From Octopus vulgaris (Eukaryota), in the NCBI GenBank assembly GCA_951406725.2, contig OX597828.1:38254001-38318000 (forward strand): a stretch of DNA of 64,000 bases. The letters are read 5' to 3'. Shown here one piece after another: positions 62,597 through 64,000 of the stretch. The notes beneath the pieces are model-generated. The model searched no databases. It saw nothing but the letters and a program-made list of their open reading frames with translations, and was not told where the DNA came from. Numbering within the stretch: position 1 is the stretch's first letter; each line of letters begins with the position of its first letter. Made by a program: the position numbers and the translations under genes.

Positions 62597-64000
62597 AAGA
62601 GAAAAAGTCAGAGAGTCAGAGAGAGAGCGAAGTATTTATAAAATGTCCAGAATATTGAATATAAAAGGGGAGAGACAGAGCTCTGCTGTATGTAAACAAT
62701 ACAAAACTCGTCATTGCCTCATTGGTTTCATTATTCCCTTTTATAAGATATTAACAAAAAAAAATCACATCAAAATCACGAACATGTTATTTGGACATTG
62801 TATATCTTCCTTACGAGGATAATAAGTTATCCTCGATTTTTTTCAATAAGCAGTTTTGTACAGTTTACATATAACAGACCGCTCTAGCCCCACGTCATTG
62901 TAATGCATCTATTACGTGATTTCTTATTTTGAGGTGGAATTCAATGGGTTATAAAAGTGTTTCCCATTTGGGTTTTCCTACATAGTTCCTCTCCTACATC
63001 ATGTGGTGCATTCTAACTGTTCTGAGACTATGAGGAATTGGCAAGAGAATCTTCAAATTAGTACCTTTTACTTTTACTTGTTTCAGTCATTAGACTGCGG
63101 CCATGCTGCGAGTACTGCCTTGTTGGATTTCAAACGAGCGAGTCGACCCCAGGACTAACTTTTTTCGGGAAAGCCTCGTAATTTTTCTATCGGTCTCTTT
63201 TGGGCAAAAGCGATAATGGTAATCCTAAATTCCAGAAACTTTCGTTCTCTTGCTTAGTCGGTCGTTCAGTTGACCGTTTCTGTTGTGTTAAATACTTAGC
63301 CGATAGATGAGTTCTTTGAATAATCTTTATGGGACCGTACTTACACTTGCGTCAGAAATTAATTAGCACTTCTCAAATTTCTACATTAAATAGGTTAAAT
63401 CAATTAACCTATGAGCTGTTCAAAACGTCTTACGCGATGAGAAAACTTAGTATGGTGTGATTTCGGTCCTTGCGTGGCGCTACCTATATCTATTAAACAA
63501 AGGAAGATTTGTCTGCATCCGCACTCCAAGTTGTTGCACTGCTATGTCAACATCATAAGGCTGTAGACTCTCAAACTGCTCTGCAAACAAAGTTACGTCA
63601 TCATTCTGCGCAACAGTGAACTCGCAACAAAGCAATAGTTCGAGATATGGCCACTAGGTGACAGCACATACCTTGAGTGAAGAGCAAATCAAGGGTGCTA
63701 ATTAATTTCTGACAGTAGTGTATATCTAGGGGACTGTACTCATGTCTAGGGAATTGTAATAGCGTTTTGCAGGACTGTAATAATCCTTTCTACTGAAGGC
63801 ACAAGGCCTTGAAGTTTTGTGGGTGGGGATTAATCGATTGCATCGACCCCAGTGTTTCACTGGTACTTAATTCATCGGCCCCGAAAGGATGAAAGGCAAA
63901 GTCGACCTCGGTGGTATGTGAACTCAGAACGTAGCAGTAGACAAAATACCGCTAAGCATTTCGCCCGTAATAATATCTAAAGGGCCGAGGTCGACTTTAC

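Overview
AT-rich eukaryotic, repeat-saturated DNA with no supportable host protein-coding exon. The SINE families and the extreme (TA)n/(CA)n/(CATA)n/(GATA)n/(TAA)n density look like an octopus (cephalopod) genome, which is an inference from recall and was not verified. Almost all listed ORFs are microsatellite artefacts or transposon fragments. Recognisable elements: two Penelope-like element (PLE) coding relics, RTE, CR1/L2, Tx1/L1-like and R4/Dong-like LINE fragments, several Tc1/mariner relics, a Mutator-like element with a 9-bp TSD, a non-autonomous Helitron, four tRNA-headed SINE families and a U6 snRNA pseudogene. The main signal outside the ORF track is a dense set of type I hammerhead ribozyme motifs: 11 listed, of which 8 keep CUGANGA...GAAA...GUH, plus weaker relics. 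They have minimal, mostly palindromic stem III and unrelated, often very long stem II, and they sit in (TA)n/(TTA)n-embedded non-coding elements, at PLE 3' ends and inside a long fold-back palindrome. Together this suggests a ribozyme-bearing PLE/retrozyme-like system that also generates 85-180 bp-armed hairpins. Other notable items are SINE multimers inserted as single TSD-bounded units, an unnamed conserved structured motif, a U6-SINE junction, and several inverted-repeat pairs able to form long dsRNA. Coordinates were read by eye and may be off by a few bases.
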